Positions 12,422 through 25,000 of a stretch of DNA of 64,000 nucleotides are shown piece after piece (position 1 is the first letter of the stretch; each line of letters opens with the position of its first letter). Under the pieces are notes generated by a model that was given only the letters and a program-made list of their open reading frames with translations, did no database searches and had not been told where the DNA came from. The stretch comes from Pseudogymnoascus verrucosus (lineage: Eukaryota). The stretch lies in the NCBI GenBank assembly GCA_001662655.1, contig KV460233.1, one strand, 5' to 3'. The translations under genes and the position numbers were made by a program.

Positions 12422-14105
12422 ATGCCCGTCACAACCATGGCGGAACCAGCGAAGACCTTCACCGCGAGCTTTGGCGTGTTAATTGCGTCCCTTGGGTTAA
12501 AGAAAGGAGAACAAGCATACAATAAATGCAGAGCGAAGTTCTTCATGGACGCGATGAAGGTTGTCAACGACAAAGTTGCCAGTGGAGACCCAACAGCCAA
12601 ACGACTTGAGGCTGAGTATGCAACACTTGTTGAAACCCGTGGATCGCAGAATCGTACTCCGAAAATGGATATCGCAAACAGCAATGGCCAACCCCAGGCG
12701 ACTGAAGACCTGGAATCGAAATTCCAAGTGCTGGCTAATGCTGCAGGCATCCTTCCCGGCCAACCTTGTTACAAACGACTGCTCCGCAAATTTCTCACTG
12801 CAGAGTACGCTACAAACGCACAGGAATATTGTTTCAATGCGAGAAATGTCAAAGATAAGAATAAGACGTTCAAGTTTGAGGCTCTTGCACTTGTCTGTGG
12901 CCTGAAGTACGACAGCCCAAGTTACAACAAATCTTACAACGACTTCTTCCAGAAGAAAGGAATCTTGCTCATCAGAGCCATAAAATCCACAGCTTGGCCC
13001 GAGAGGTCCTCTTCTACCAAGAACATGTCGCAAGAACCTGCATCTTCTCGGCCTGACGATGAAAGTGCAACCATGAAGAGCCTACGAAACAAGCTCGCCG
13101 CAGCCCGACTTGATGGAGTCGTGTCAGAATCTGCTGCCCAAACGCTAGAAGCGGAAGCCAGATTTGAGGAACTCACCCTTTCCCTTGGACTCATCAAAGG
13201 AAGGAATAGCTACACAAACTATCGATGCCGATTTTTCGAATACGAATCCTCGAGAGACCACATTCTTAAATTGGGAGACGACATCGCCATGGAGAAACTG
13301 GAGATATTTGAAGAGAGTTGTGCCGCTCGCGGGTTACAGCAAGGAAGCAAGGAGTTCGGGACATTCAAAAAGCATTTTGATATCGAGAACAAAAATGACA
13401 CCGAAACTTCGACTGATAGTTCGTTCTCCATGTGTGGGTTTACCTCGGCGGATGATGATTCCCAGTATGCTCTTCAATTCAAAGGCAGATCGCAAACGAG
13501 CAATGGAAACAATCTCCACTATGGTCAACCTGAGGGCAGAGTGGTGGGTGATCGACAGGCATCAGATAGAAAGCAGTCCAGACATGGAAATCGTGCTCTA
13601 AAAGATGGCGCTCCAAATAACGGCCCTCCAAAGAACGGTGCTCGGCAAGGTGGACCTCAGAAAGGCAGTGCTACAAAAGATGATGTTCCGAAAGGCGGTC
13701 CGCAAAAAGGCGGTCCTAACAAATCTCGTGCCGAAAAAGCGAAGGAGGAGTTTAATGCTTACTTTCCTGATACCAGCAAACTTGAAAACTGGCAGAAACT
13801 CTGCCGGGACCTTGGTATCAACCCCGTTCCCAACTCCATAAGACAGTGCAAAATGGTAAGCAATTTCTGGAACTTCGTTCGCGCCTTATTTTGGTGTGTT
13901 TTCTAATGCATAATAGGAAACGAAGAAGATTTATGTCAACATCTACCAATTCCTCCATCAGATTAGGACGGGGTTTCCCGCGACTCGGTTCCCCAGCCAG
14001 AAGGCATTGGCCAACTACTGTAATGGAGGGAACAAGAGAAAGTTCCCACGGGAAATTGCAAAGGAGAGAGGCGCACTTGCTGGATTGCTTCACTACCTCT
14101 ATTAG
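12422..14105 (+). CDS. Uncharacterised fungal protein with five N-terminal helical repeats and a conserved C-terminal LENWQKLC...VNIY...FP..AK domain
   Basis: Exons 12422-13855 and 13917-14105 (GTAAGC..CTAAT..TAG). The spliced C-terminus reads KLENWQKLCRDLGINPVPNSIRQCKMETKKIYVNIYQF...KFPREIAKERGALAGLL. Confidence 0.75.
13602..13722 (+). repeat. Degenerate 15-bp (5-aa) coding tandem repeat, GGPQK-like
   Basis: DGAPN NGPPK NGARQ GGPQK GSATK DDVPK GGPQK GGPNK. Confidence 0.65.
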
Positions 14106-14553
14106 AGAATGGTTCTTGGATAGGTCTAATGAAAAGCTGTGATAGGGCCTATCTGTTTTCCATTCGACCAGGCACAAATGGGACGGATGTTCAACAAATC
14201 TGTAGCTCGGTGAATTGCACTTGCAGGAGCACCAGTTGGTCATGTCCAGTCTTGGCTGAATACAATTGCACCAATTCATATCTCAACTTCTCATGAAAAG
14301 AATGATTTGTATGGGATATATATCTGTCTCAAGATTTCTTTCGTAATTATTTGCAGTGACATGCCCCAACCCATGTTTGGCCACCAATTATGCTTCCCAC
14401 CGAATTTAAATCTAGAATGGCACAGGAAGCCTAGATATTCGGGTACCCCTTTTTGAAGTAGTTGATAGTAGGCTTCACTTCGTAGTTAACCAAAAATGCC
14501 GTTAATATGACCTGGACACGTAAGTGGTCATATGGCTTCCATTACTTTGACAT

Positions 14554-16382
14554 TCAATCAGTAAGTTCTGCTTCCACACGAAGTCCACTACCTAGCCCTT
14601 TCCCAAGACCGTCGAAGAGATCAAGCAGTTTCCCAGTTTCTATCCAGAGACGTCCCAGTGGATTTGGTGTTATCCGAAGCTTGATGCCCGATTTCTTACC
14701 TTTCTTTCCGAGAGTGGTAGAATGGGTAGGGTTAAATCTGCAATATTGTTAAAAAAAGATATTCGAACAGAGGAACTTAACATACTTAATCAATTCTTTG
14801 AGTGACAGGGGATCAGTTGGATATGCTGGAGACACAGCAACCAGGAACCTCAAAATAGCACCCACGTAATCACAGAAAAAGGTGCCGTTCTTGCCAACTA
14901 AGAGTCTAAGGTTTTCAAGGATGGCTGAATCCGCTCGGCCAAGATCATTGCCCCATCTAGCACATAAAGTCAAGGCGATAATAGCTTGAACCTCATGTGT
15001 CAGCCCTGGAAGACTAGCGATGGATCCTGATATTGTGGTATGCAATGACCTCGTAGCATTCTGGTCGTCGGAATTGCCCAGATGAGTCCAGGTGTTCCGA
15101 ACGACGTAATCAAGAAGTCCTGACGTAAATATGCTGGGGGTATCCTTGGGGAGGGCGCTCCTCACCAGTTTCACAGCAGCGCTTACAGAGGCATCTGTAA
15201 CAGATTCTGAGCTACCAAGCAATAGAGGGAGAGGGTCCTGCTGCCTGAGAGAGGGCGATAGCTTCATATACAGAACACCATCTCTATTCCCACCACTGCA
15301 AAACGTGACTTGCTTTATCTTTGGCACTGCCTCAACAAGAGCCCCGACAACCATGGCAATGGCAGGGAATTGCTCGCGCCTGCGCTTGGACATTCCGAAG
15401 ATCTTGCCATCTTTATCGTTCTCCTTGAGCATTGCCTCCCAATTTTCGAAGCTGGCGCCGGAAACCGAAAAGCCACCAATTCCTGGAATTGGATATGGCT
15501 GAATTTCGTGCGTGTGGCGAAGCATGCTTCCATAACCTCTAAAGCCCCCGCCGCAAAAGTATATTGAAATTCCCTCTTTGCTTTCAGCCTGCGCTCTAAG
15601 CCCTGCGAACTGTTTCTTCATTCCCTCAAAAGTGTCCCTCATTTGAGTCCTCAGCTGCTTTTGCGTTGTCCCCTCTTCTTCCACTCGCAGAGTAGCCGTT
15701 AATTTTGCAGCGCCGTAGGGCATACTCTTCGCGTTCTGCGCAGCCAGGGTTTCGTACCCATTGCTTTTCGAATCCAGGTATGTCATCTGCACACTCCCTC
15801 CACCAAGGTCCATAAATAGGCCATCTACGTGTTCGAACGCAGAGCGTGCCCCCATGGCACCAAACATGCTCTCCATAGCTGGGCTAAGTATCTGCACACC
15901 CAGCCCGCTTGCAGCATGAATCGCACCAACCATCTCATCCTGGTTCTTTGCAGTGCGCATAGCTTCTGTCGCAAAAACGCTGATCTGATTATCGGGGACT
16001 TTGTATTGTTTGCAGATGTAGGCGAATCTTGCTAGAGTCTTGGAGACCTTGTCGATAATCCCTGGGGAAAACACGAACGGCACAGAGCCGGGTTTGGACT
16101 CGTGGAGCGCATCGTACAGGGAGATTCCGGCGCGCTCGCGGTATATGCAAGGCAAGAGTCGTGAATTTGGCGGCGTGAGGTCTGATATGGAGAATCGAAT
16201 GCCATTGCTATGTGGTTTTAGACATTTGAACCCGTCGAAGAATCCGAAGATGAGAAGGAGCGGGAAGGGCGTTACCTTCCCATGTCTACGAGGCCAAAGA
16301 GACCACAACCATCAGCGCTAAACTTCGCGAGTTTGGACTCGAAGTTGTCAATCGTGACAACCTCATCGCTTGAAAGAGCCAT
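14554..16382 (-). CDS. RTG2: Ppx/GppA-family protein, retrograde regulator Rtg2-like
   Basis: Exons 16382-16276, 16207-14786 and 14737-14554; motifs VDMGSNGIRFSI, VFATEAMR, MDLGGGSVQ, GGGFRGYG. Confidence 0.85.
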
Positions 16383-16966
16383 TATGAAGGGCGTAAAGTG
16401 TAAGGTTGTTGAGAAGAGAATGGTTCACGATGGCATCCCATTCATTTTTGCAAGTTGCCTTGGAACTGGGCACGGTCCGAACCCCGCGTTGGAGGGGTCA
16501 GAGTGGGGGTGGGGTGAGGAGTACCAAAACGATGACCAGCCACGTGCGGAACAGAACAAAAGGCGACTCTAAAAAATGAATTGGAAAGCAACATTTATTT
16601 AATATTGGGTTCGCTGTGACTATCCTCAACCATAGCTCACGTTGTATTGGTTAATGTGATATTCCATATATGCAGCATACTGCTCCCAAATCCACCCAGT
16701 CCCTGAACCTTCATCAAGACGGGCTGCGAACCACCCGCACCAGCAACCAGAACGTTCACCCCCTCACGCCCCAACAACGGTCCCGGCTACGCGCCCTATA
16801 ACCAGAGTGTGCGCCGCTCATCGCTCCCCTTATAGCTCTCCTCGTCGCTATCCTTCCCCATTCCCCTCGCAAGTGAACTCTCCCATGCTGGTCCCCTTAC
16901 GCGTAACAATGTCGATTAAACTAAAGTGGCTCCTATACTCCTATAATTGAGTGCCAGCGGGGGGTA

Positions 16967-18757
16967 TCATTCCTTCTTTGCCTCATCCTCAAGCGTAAAA
17001 TCAAAAATGCGGAACGCCGCCTTAAATGCCTCGACATCGCGTTTCTCTTCATCAACTGTCTGCTCACAATCTCTCCACTGCAGTCTCTTCTCCAGACCGA
17101 GCAACTTTGCAAGCACCTTTCGCCCGAATTGCAGATCGAATCTCATGGTGTCATCGAAGGGCATGGTGATGGTCTTTGATTGTCCTTGAGCGCCGTTTTC
17201 TTCCGATGGCGACCAAATCCACACCCGGAAAAAATCTCCTTCTCCCTCCCCAAGGCCAGGATCTCGATTTTGAAAAGAAGGGTACTTCATGTTTTCCGCT
17301 TCAACTTTAAAGGCTGCTTCAACCAATCCCTTCGAAACAAGCTCGGCCGGAACGGGAATAAACTGCCAGTGGGTATGAACACCATTCCCACGACTAATCT
17401 CAAACGTAACGGAACCAAGTTTGTCATCGCTCCTAGCTGCCACCATTTGCTGAAGTGACTTCTTGTAGTTGTTCATTTCCATGTATGTCTTTTGGCGCCC
17501 CTCTTGATCAATACGTGCCAATGTGGGCTCATGGCTCAATGGGATGATGAGGACATGAGCTGGAAAATCGAGGCCATTCGCCGCATTCGTTGACGACGTA
17601 GTCAGTGGACCCTTGGCGGTTGTGGTGTATGCATCTTCGCCGATAGAAGTTACGAGATGGGTGGCGAGATTCGGGTTCGATAGACAGAAAAAGCACGTAT
17701 CTGGTCCTGGTGGGGGCTGTCTTTCTCTTCGGCCTCTTTTGTGACGATGGTGGTTTCCGTCATCCGTCGAAAATCGGGAGTAGGGTGCGGGGTCCAGCGC
17801 TGCTCGTTTCCTCCCTTCTGGTGCCTTCGTGGAGAAAGGCGAAGCCGTCACGCCAAGTGGAAGAGGGGCTGTGACATCTACTGTTGCTCGCAGATTAAAG
17901 GCAGAGATTGATTTCTGCTTGTTGGGGTTGCCGTGAGCGGCAAGGGATATGAATCTGGTGAGGGGTCGAAAATCAGGGGCGTCCTCGGTTGGCGTGTGGA
18001 AGAATGGCTCCCGCTCGTAGTAAAAGGTGGGCGATGACGAGAAATGGTACCTGGGCTTCAACTCCGCGGAAAGTTGTGAGATGTGGTCGTTGCCCGTTGG
18101 TTCAATCCCTGCCTCGGGAATTGGCACCTTGGAGCCAGTGCGAATAGAAGACGGCCAGGAAGCTGTCAATAATATATCGGCAGTGTTCGCTCCACGGAGA
18201 GCCTTGGCATCATCCACAGTATGGAACGGAAGGTACTGTTCTTTTGATAGGCCTCCAATGATTGTGTCATCCAATTGACCCCCAAGAGCAACGATTCGGA
18301 CTCCTTCGGATGTTTTCGTTGTGCTTCGCTTTCCCAAGTAGTGAAGGTTTTCGCAGAGCTGGGATTCATTAGACATGGCCACATATCACTATTTAATCAG
18401 AATCGACTTACCTCGTCATCTTTTGTGAGTTTATCCACAATTCGCTGGGGAAACTGGCTCAATCCCACAGTGAAATATGTTGGGAGCGGCACGATGATCT
18501 TTCCGTCCAGCAAGTCCGTAACCTCATCATCGTCCTCGGCAAAAAGGTCCCCGGATATTATAGCGAAAGTGAAAGTGTTCTTAGCGTGCAATGTAGCGAT
18601 TTTGGAAAAAGCTGATCGTAATTGCCCTTGGACTGCGCCGACAACAATACTATTCAGAAAAGGTGAGTTTATTGAGCCATGACGTATAAGTGAGGTTGGG
18701 GAGGTTTGCGTTCAACTGGGGGCAAACTTTGATAACAACTTACATTTTTGAAGCCAT
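16967..18757 (-). CDS. DRN1: CwfJ-domain protein (CWF19L1/Drn1, associated with lariat debranching)
   Basis: Exons 18757-18744, 18649-18412 and 18358-16967; pseudo-metallophosphatase N-terminus, CFFCLSNPN, HTHWQFIP, FDLQFGRKVLA. Confidence 0.88.
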
Positions 18758-19013
18758 GTTGACCTGAACAATGGCTATGAAAGGATAACCAGAGTCATTG
18801 GAAGTGGAAAGCGTGTTTCGTGACGAGACCCTTTGGTGGAAGCTTGACATCAATAGCTCCGACGACGCTAGTGGTTTTAAGCCGGCAGAAACGCCAAGTG
18901 TAGCTCACCGCCTCAAAATTATTCAAATCGATAACATGGATATTCTCGATAAGATTTTAAGGTTCCTCTCACATCACCAACCAGAGTGACGACCAACAAA
19001 ACCTACGGCGAAG

Positions 19014-22000
19014 ATGCCGTCCACATCTTCTGGAAGGATTGTGAAGACTTCAAAAGGGAAGAAGGGAACGGCCCACTCAAAAAATCATAGATGGGAATCC
19101 TTCACCGCGAAGGTCTCGAAACTTAACTCTCTCGACCCTCTGCGACGAGTTCGCCGCCATGATCTCGACAGTGAAGATCTCGGGGCAACAACGTCTTATT
19201 TTAAGGCGGGGTTGGAACGATGGCAGGAACTCAATATGTCCGAGCGGTTCATACAGTTTTCATACGATGTAAGCCCGATGTGCGACAGCTTGCCGCAAAT
19301 TCTACATTTCGAGGACAAAATCATGGACCTTCTGGTCAGCTTTTTGGAGGCAAAAGAAAGGGAATCGATTGAACCTTTACTTTCACTGTTGACCGACTTT
19401 GCCCATGACCTCGGTTTGCGCTTCGAAAAGTTCTATGCCCGGGCATTGTCGCTGGTTACAGACATCGCAGGGACCAAGCAGGATGTAGAGGTGATTGAAT
19501 GGAGTTTTACCTGTTTGGCATTCCTGTTCAAATACCTATCAAAGCTGCTTGTGATGGACTTGCGCCCTACATACGACCTTATGGCTCCTCTACTTGGCAA
19601 GGAACGACAACAGCCACATATTGCTCGCTTTGCTGCCGAGGCGATGAGCTTTCTCATAAAAAAAGCAAGTGCGCCAGCTATTCGAGAAAAGGCACTGCCG
19701 GTCATAATATGTCACGCAAAGACTGACCTGGAAAAAACAATTGGAACTCGTGAATACGGGCTTTACTACCATGGTATCATGACCATGTTCGCCGAGTCGA
19801 TGAAAGGCAACGGACTGTCGATCCACTCCTCGGCCCCTGCGACTTTGGACTCGATGTTCGCACAGTACAGTTACTCTGAAGAGACGGAGGAGACATATTG
19901 GGCCTGGGGAGATGTGATATGTGGTGTGTTGACTAGTCTTGTCCACCATACGAGTTCAGATACCTTGGGGGAGATAATCGACACTGTTCTCGCGCACTCC
20001 GAGGGAGTCGTCAAATCGTTCGAGAAATCACGAACTCCAGAGTCGTTTAAGCAGCTGATGCTGTCGTCGAAAGCTATAGGCGTGATTGGAGGTGTCCGAA
20101 AGGGATCGCGAGTTGCGAACTGGAAACCCTTCCTCTCCAGTATATCCGATATTTTACAAGCACTCTCCAGGACCACCGGGGCCTCATTTTACGATGATCA
20201 CGACCGTATAATATGGGAATCCGTTATCTTAACTACATCTATGGCTCTTCAATACTCGCCCATGGATGCTTTAATACCTTACGCACCAAGGTTCTTGGAT
20301 TCACTTGCTAGAGAGCCCATGGCCCGCTGGTTTTTGATGTTTTGTTCATACTTCACTAAGGTTGATGTTGAGCGCTTCCGAAGCATTATTATGCCATATT
20401 TTCAAAAATTCATTGTCACACATTGGTCCGACAAAGAAAATGAGGATACACTGTGTGTTCTCGTTCCCAAGATGGTTTCTTCGGGGGTATTCATTAGTAG
20501 CACCGGTGGTAAAGATGGCTTCAATATCCCGCAATCATGGCAAGATCAAATGGTGAGCAAGTTTGAAAGGCTCGAAGTATCACCATTTCCTGAGCAAGCA
20601 TCTCCAACCTCATACGGCAGTGGCACAAAAACATGGCATGATCGTTGTCTACCAAGATACTACGCCTTATTATCGATAATGGATTGTACGACAGCCCATC
20701 CCTCGACAAATGCGAGAATTGCAGAAATACTCCAAAGAAAACTCAAACTTGCGCTGCGACCATCCTCAGCAATTGAACCCGAAGAATCAAGATTTATTGC
20801 TGGCCGCGGCTTTGAGGCATTTTCTCGCATGACAAAAGCTGCCGGAGAGGTGGATATTTCCTTGGAACCTCTTCTCAGAGCAGCGGCTCCCAGATATGCT
20901 CGCCTACCTGGATTTCTACATGCGCTGCTGTCATATTTGACGAGCTTGAAACAATCACCCTCCTACAAACCTGCTGCAGATACATGGTCTACAAATGGAA
21001 GCGAAGATGCAGACTCACTCATTGAAGCTCTAATACTCAATTTATCGACAAATTCTCACGATCTGCGGCTTCTTTCTCTCCGCCTTCTGGACCACTTATA
21101 TACAGCCTCCACCAATGTTGCCTCCGACGCCATATCCACCATGATTTTGATCGAACAGACGCCGCTGGATTTGCAAACTGCTCGGTCCGCCTCTATGAAT
21201 ATCCGAAGGCTTGCTGCCCTCCACCGTACCCATGTATCTGACCGCATTTTATACCGAGCAATCCCACACTTTTGCTTCGGCATGCTTACTGTCAAATTCG
21301 CGCAACTCTGGGAAGACGCTTGCGCCGCGCTTTCCGAGATTGCCCAAACGGCCAAAGAGGAAGATGTTATTGCCGAAATCGTATTTAGTTGGTTGGAAGC
21401 TCCATCAGCATTGTGGGATGGATCAGCGCGGAATGTCGAACACGCTCAGAATTCTGGACTCACTGATTTCGAGTGTTCAAATTTGATAAATCTGCGGAAG
21501 CTTGCCTCTGAGGTTGAAACCGAGGCCAAGGATGCCCGAGACGTTATGATCCGGCAGTTTGAAGAATCGCAAGAACTTGTTGCTCCACAACCGCCTATGG
21601 CACGTGCTCAGGCACTGCGTGTTCTTGCCAGTGTTACGAGTATCGCTGAGCGCCGTTCACGCCAATTTATTCCCATGTTCCTTTCATGGGCGAATAAGGA
21701 GGGCGAGCCATATCAGTCAGATGAAGATCCTATCAACATAAGCAATTGGACGAGAAAAGATCAGAAATCTCAGCTAGATCTCTTACAGAAGTTCCACAAC
21801 CCTAGAGTTCTGTTCAGGGCAACAGAAGTATTCGACGCTTTACTCGGCCTTCTGACAAATGGAGACCTAGAAATCCAGAAATCTGCCCTCAAAGCTATTC
21901 TAACATGGAAGATTCCTAGTGTTAGGCCTTATGAGGAGAACCTCTTGAATTTACTCGATGAGGCACGTTTTAAAGATGAGCTCACAATTCTTCTCCAGGG

Positions 22001-25000
22001 AGACTCCCGGATACAGTTTGAACATAGGCAGGAACTTATGCCAATCCTCCTACGCATTTTATATGGAAGAGCTATTTCAAAGAAAGGCGCAGCTAGCGGT
22101 CGACAGGGCATGTTAGCCACAAGGCTAACCATATTACGCAATCTGTCAGTGGAGGATATTGGGTCATTTTTGCAGATTGCCCTTGGGGAGCTGAAGGACA
22201 TCGACGTTATAAGCCAGTCTCGAGATGAGCTATTTGACAAGGAGATACTAAGCGCCCGAAAGCAACTTGGTTTCATGAATATGATGGAAGGCACCTTGAA
22301 AGAGCTTGGCACAAAAATGTCGCCTTATACTAGCCAATTACTATCCGCGGTGCTCTACTGCTTGGTGTACTCATCTCGCCAGCTCCAACGCTCACCCGAC
22401 TCTATCGACGACGAAGAAGACTTCACCAGCCAAACATCGTTGTTAAAATCTGTCCGCCAGACCGGATTTAAATGTCTTGTCTTGATGTTTACCAACGACT
22501 CCACTTTTGATTGGTCGCTGTATATGGACCTCATAATGAGCGAACTCATCAGCCCGCGGTTGGCGAAACTACCAATCGAAACTGCACAGAGTATTTCCGG
22601 GGTTTTGCAGCTTTTATATACCTGGTCGCTGTCACCGAAGACTGTTCTCTTCCTTGGTGAAGATGATCAAACCTTGGTCACTGTAGCGGAGTGTTTAGCT
22701 CAGCCAAAGTCCAAGGACCAGGTCCGACTGTTTGCCCTGAGTATTATTGACAACGTGGTCGGTATCGCCAAGAGCGACCTTCCTGAAAACGAAGATCTAA
22801 CTGGCCGCGTTAAAACGTCCTTACTTTCCAAGAATATGGACTCCTTTTTGGTGCCTATTGGGGATGTTCTTAGACGACAGCAGGATATCAGCAAGGGCCT
22901 TCTCGAAGCCTGCGTTGAAACTATTTCTGGGCTTGCGCAATTCGTTACCCAATCTACGCAGGCACACAATCTCGTGGATATCACTACTTTCTTGCTTGAC
23001 CAGCCGACCAGGAGAGTTAATCCCAAAACTAAGAGCGGACTTCTTTTGGTTCTGGAGCACTTTGTGCCACTGTACGATCTTCAAGATGACAGTGAGCTCA
23101 AGGACAGGGTCTATAATACTGTAACTTCGCTCTTTGGATTTTTCCGAGACAGAAGTAGTAGAGAAGTTCTATCCAGAGTTTTAATCGTCTACTCTCGAAA
23201 GGATCCTGTCCTTGAAGAAGTTGCAGAACTTTGCGTATCATTGAATTCGTTTGCTGAAGGACGACTGGACGAGCCGGATTATGATCGCCGACTTAAAGCA
23301 TTCAATCTGATATCGGCGCCGAGGGAAAACCAATTTACTGCTCACCAGTGGCGCCCTCTGCTCTACAACTTCCTTTACTATATCAGACACGACGAAGAGT
23401 TCGGTGTTCTCTCCTCAAATTCGTCTGATGCGATTTGCAACTTCTTGGACAGCGCATCCAAAGCGACGGATGCCACCGAAAGTTCAACATTCTATGATAT
23501 GTTGTCCTCCATTCTAGTGCCCGCCATTTTCACCGGCGCTCGTGAGGCATCTGAGATTATCCGCCGAGAGTATGTCAAGGTTATGGCGCATGTTGTAAAA
23601 ACATACCCTGACTGGACGGAAGTCAATGATATGCATACCCTTCTTCGTGGCGATGATGAGCTTGAAGGTTCCTTCTTCAATAACATTCTGGCTGCTGGTA
23701 AGGGGAGACAATCGAACGCCTTGACTCAACTGTCAACGGCTTCAAAGGATGGACTTATAAGCAGTAAAAATACTGCTCACTTCTTCATCCCACTTCTTGA
23801 GCACTTCATTTTTGATAGAGCCGAAGGAAACGACGCGCACAACCTTGCTGCCGAGGCAACAACCTGCGTCGGCATTCTTGCAGAGTCATTGGACTGGCCT
23901 CAGTATCGTGCTATATTGCGCCGATTCACTGGATATATCGCCACTAAGCCAACCCTGGAGAAGCAAATTATACGCCTTCTCGGTAAGGTTATCGAGTCGC
24001 TGGCAGTCGCCGCAGACTCAAAGCACAGTATCGTCGATGCGGAAGCCAACGATACTGCGATGGAAGTTGACGACGCACCCACCAAGCCATCGCTTTCCAC
24101 CCTTGCCAAGTCACTTCCGAAAGAGCAAAAGTTCTATGACGATTTGACAGGGAACATCTTGCCTCCACTGATCGACTACCTACACCATAAGGACGAAACT
24201 ACCGTCAGTCTCCGTACTCCTGTTGCAGTCATCGCAGTTAGGGTTCTTAAACTACTCCCTCATGATCAAATGGCCGAAAAACTGCCCGCCGTTCTTACCG
24301 ATATATGCCAAATTCTTCGAAGCAAAGCGCAAGAGGCTCGTGATATGACGCGCCAGACATTAACAGACATTTGCGTCTTGCTTGGGCCTTCTTGTTTTGG
24401 ATTTGTGCTGAAAGAACTCAGAGGCGCTCTGGCTCGTGGATCTCAACTCCATGTTCTGTCCTACACAATGCATTCGATTTTGGTAGCTACAATCCCGCTT
24501 TACTCACCCGGCGACTTGGATTACTGCCTTCCTTCGATTGTGGCTATTATCATGGACGATATCTTTGGCATTACTGGTCAAGAGAAGGACGCAGAAGAAT
24601 ATGTCAGTAAGATGAAGGAAGTAAGGAGTAGCAAATCCCAGGATTCGATGGAGTTGATTGCGAAGACAGCAACTTTGAGCCGCCTTACAGATCTTGTCCG
24701 CCCTATCCAGGTCCTCCTGAAGGAAAAGTTGAACCTGAAGATGGTACGAAAAATCGACGAGCTTCTGAACCGAATTAGCTCGGGACTGTTGAAGAACAGC
24801 GCAGCGAAGAGCAGAGACAGCTTAATCTTCTGTTACGAAGTCATTCAGGATGTGTACAACAGCAACAAACCCCAAGCAAAGGTCAAGGAAGACTACCGCT
24901 TGAAGAAGTACTTGATCCAGAAAGGAGCGAAAAGAGGCAGCAACCAAGGTAGCACTACCGTCTACACCTATAAGTTGGTTCGCTTCGCTTTCGACGTATT

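Noticed and set aside
16680..16930. GC-rich, strongly skewed stretch between RTG2 and DRN1 as a possible structured ncRNA
   Set aside because: No RNase P/MRP, SRP, U3 or snRNA consensus recognised; most simply the DRN1 3'UTR. An Rfam scan would settle it.
18900..18925. PAC/RRPE-like motif GCTCACCGC..AAAATT upstream of UTP20
   Set aside because: It fits a ribosome-biogenesis gene but has mismatches to the consensus and is too short to support alone.
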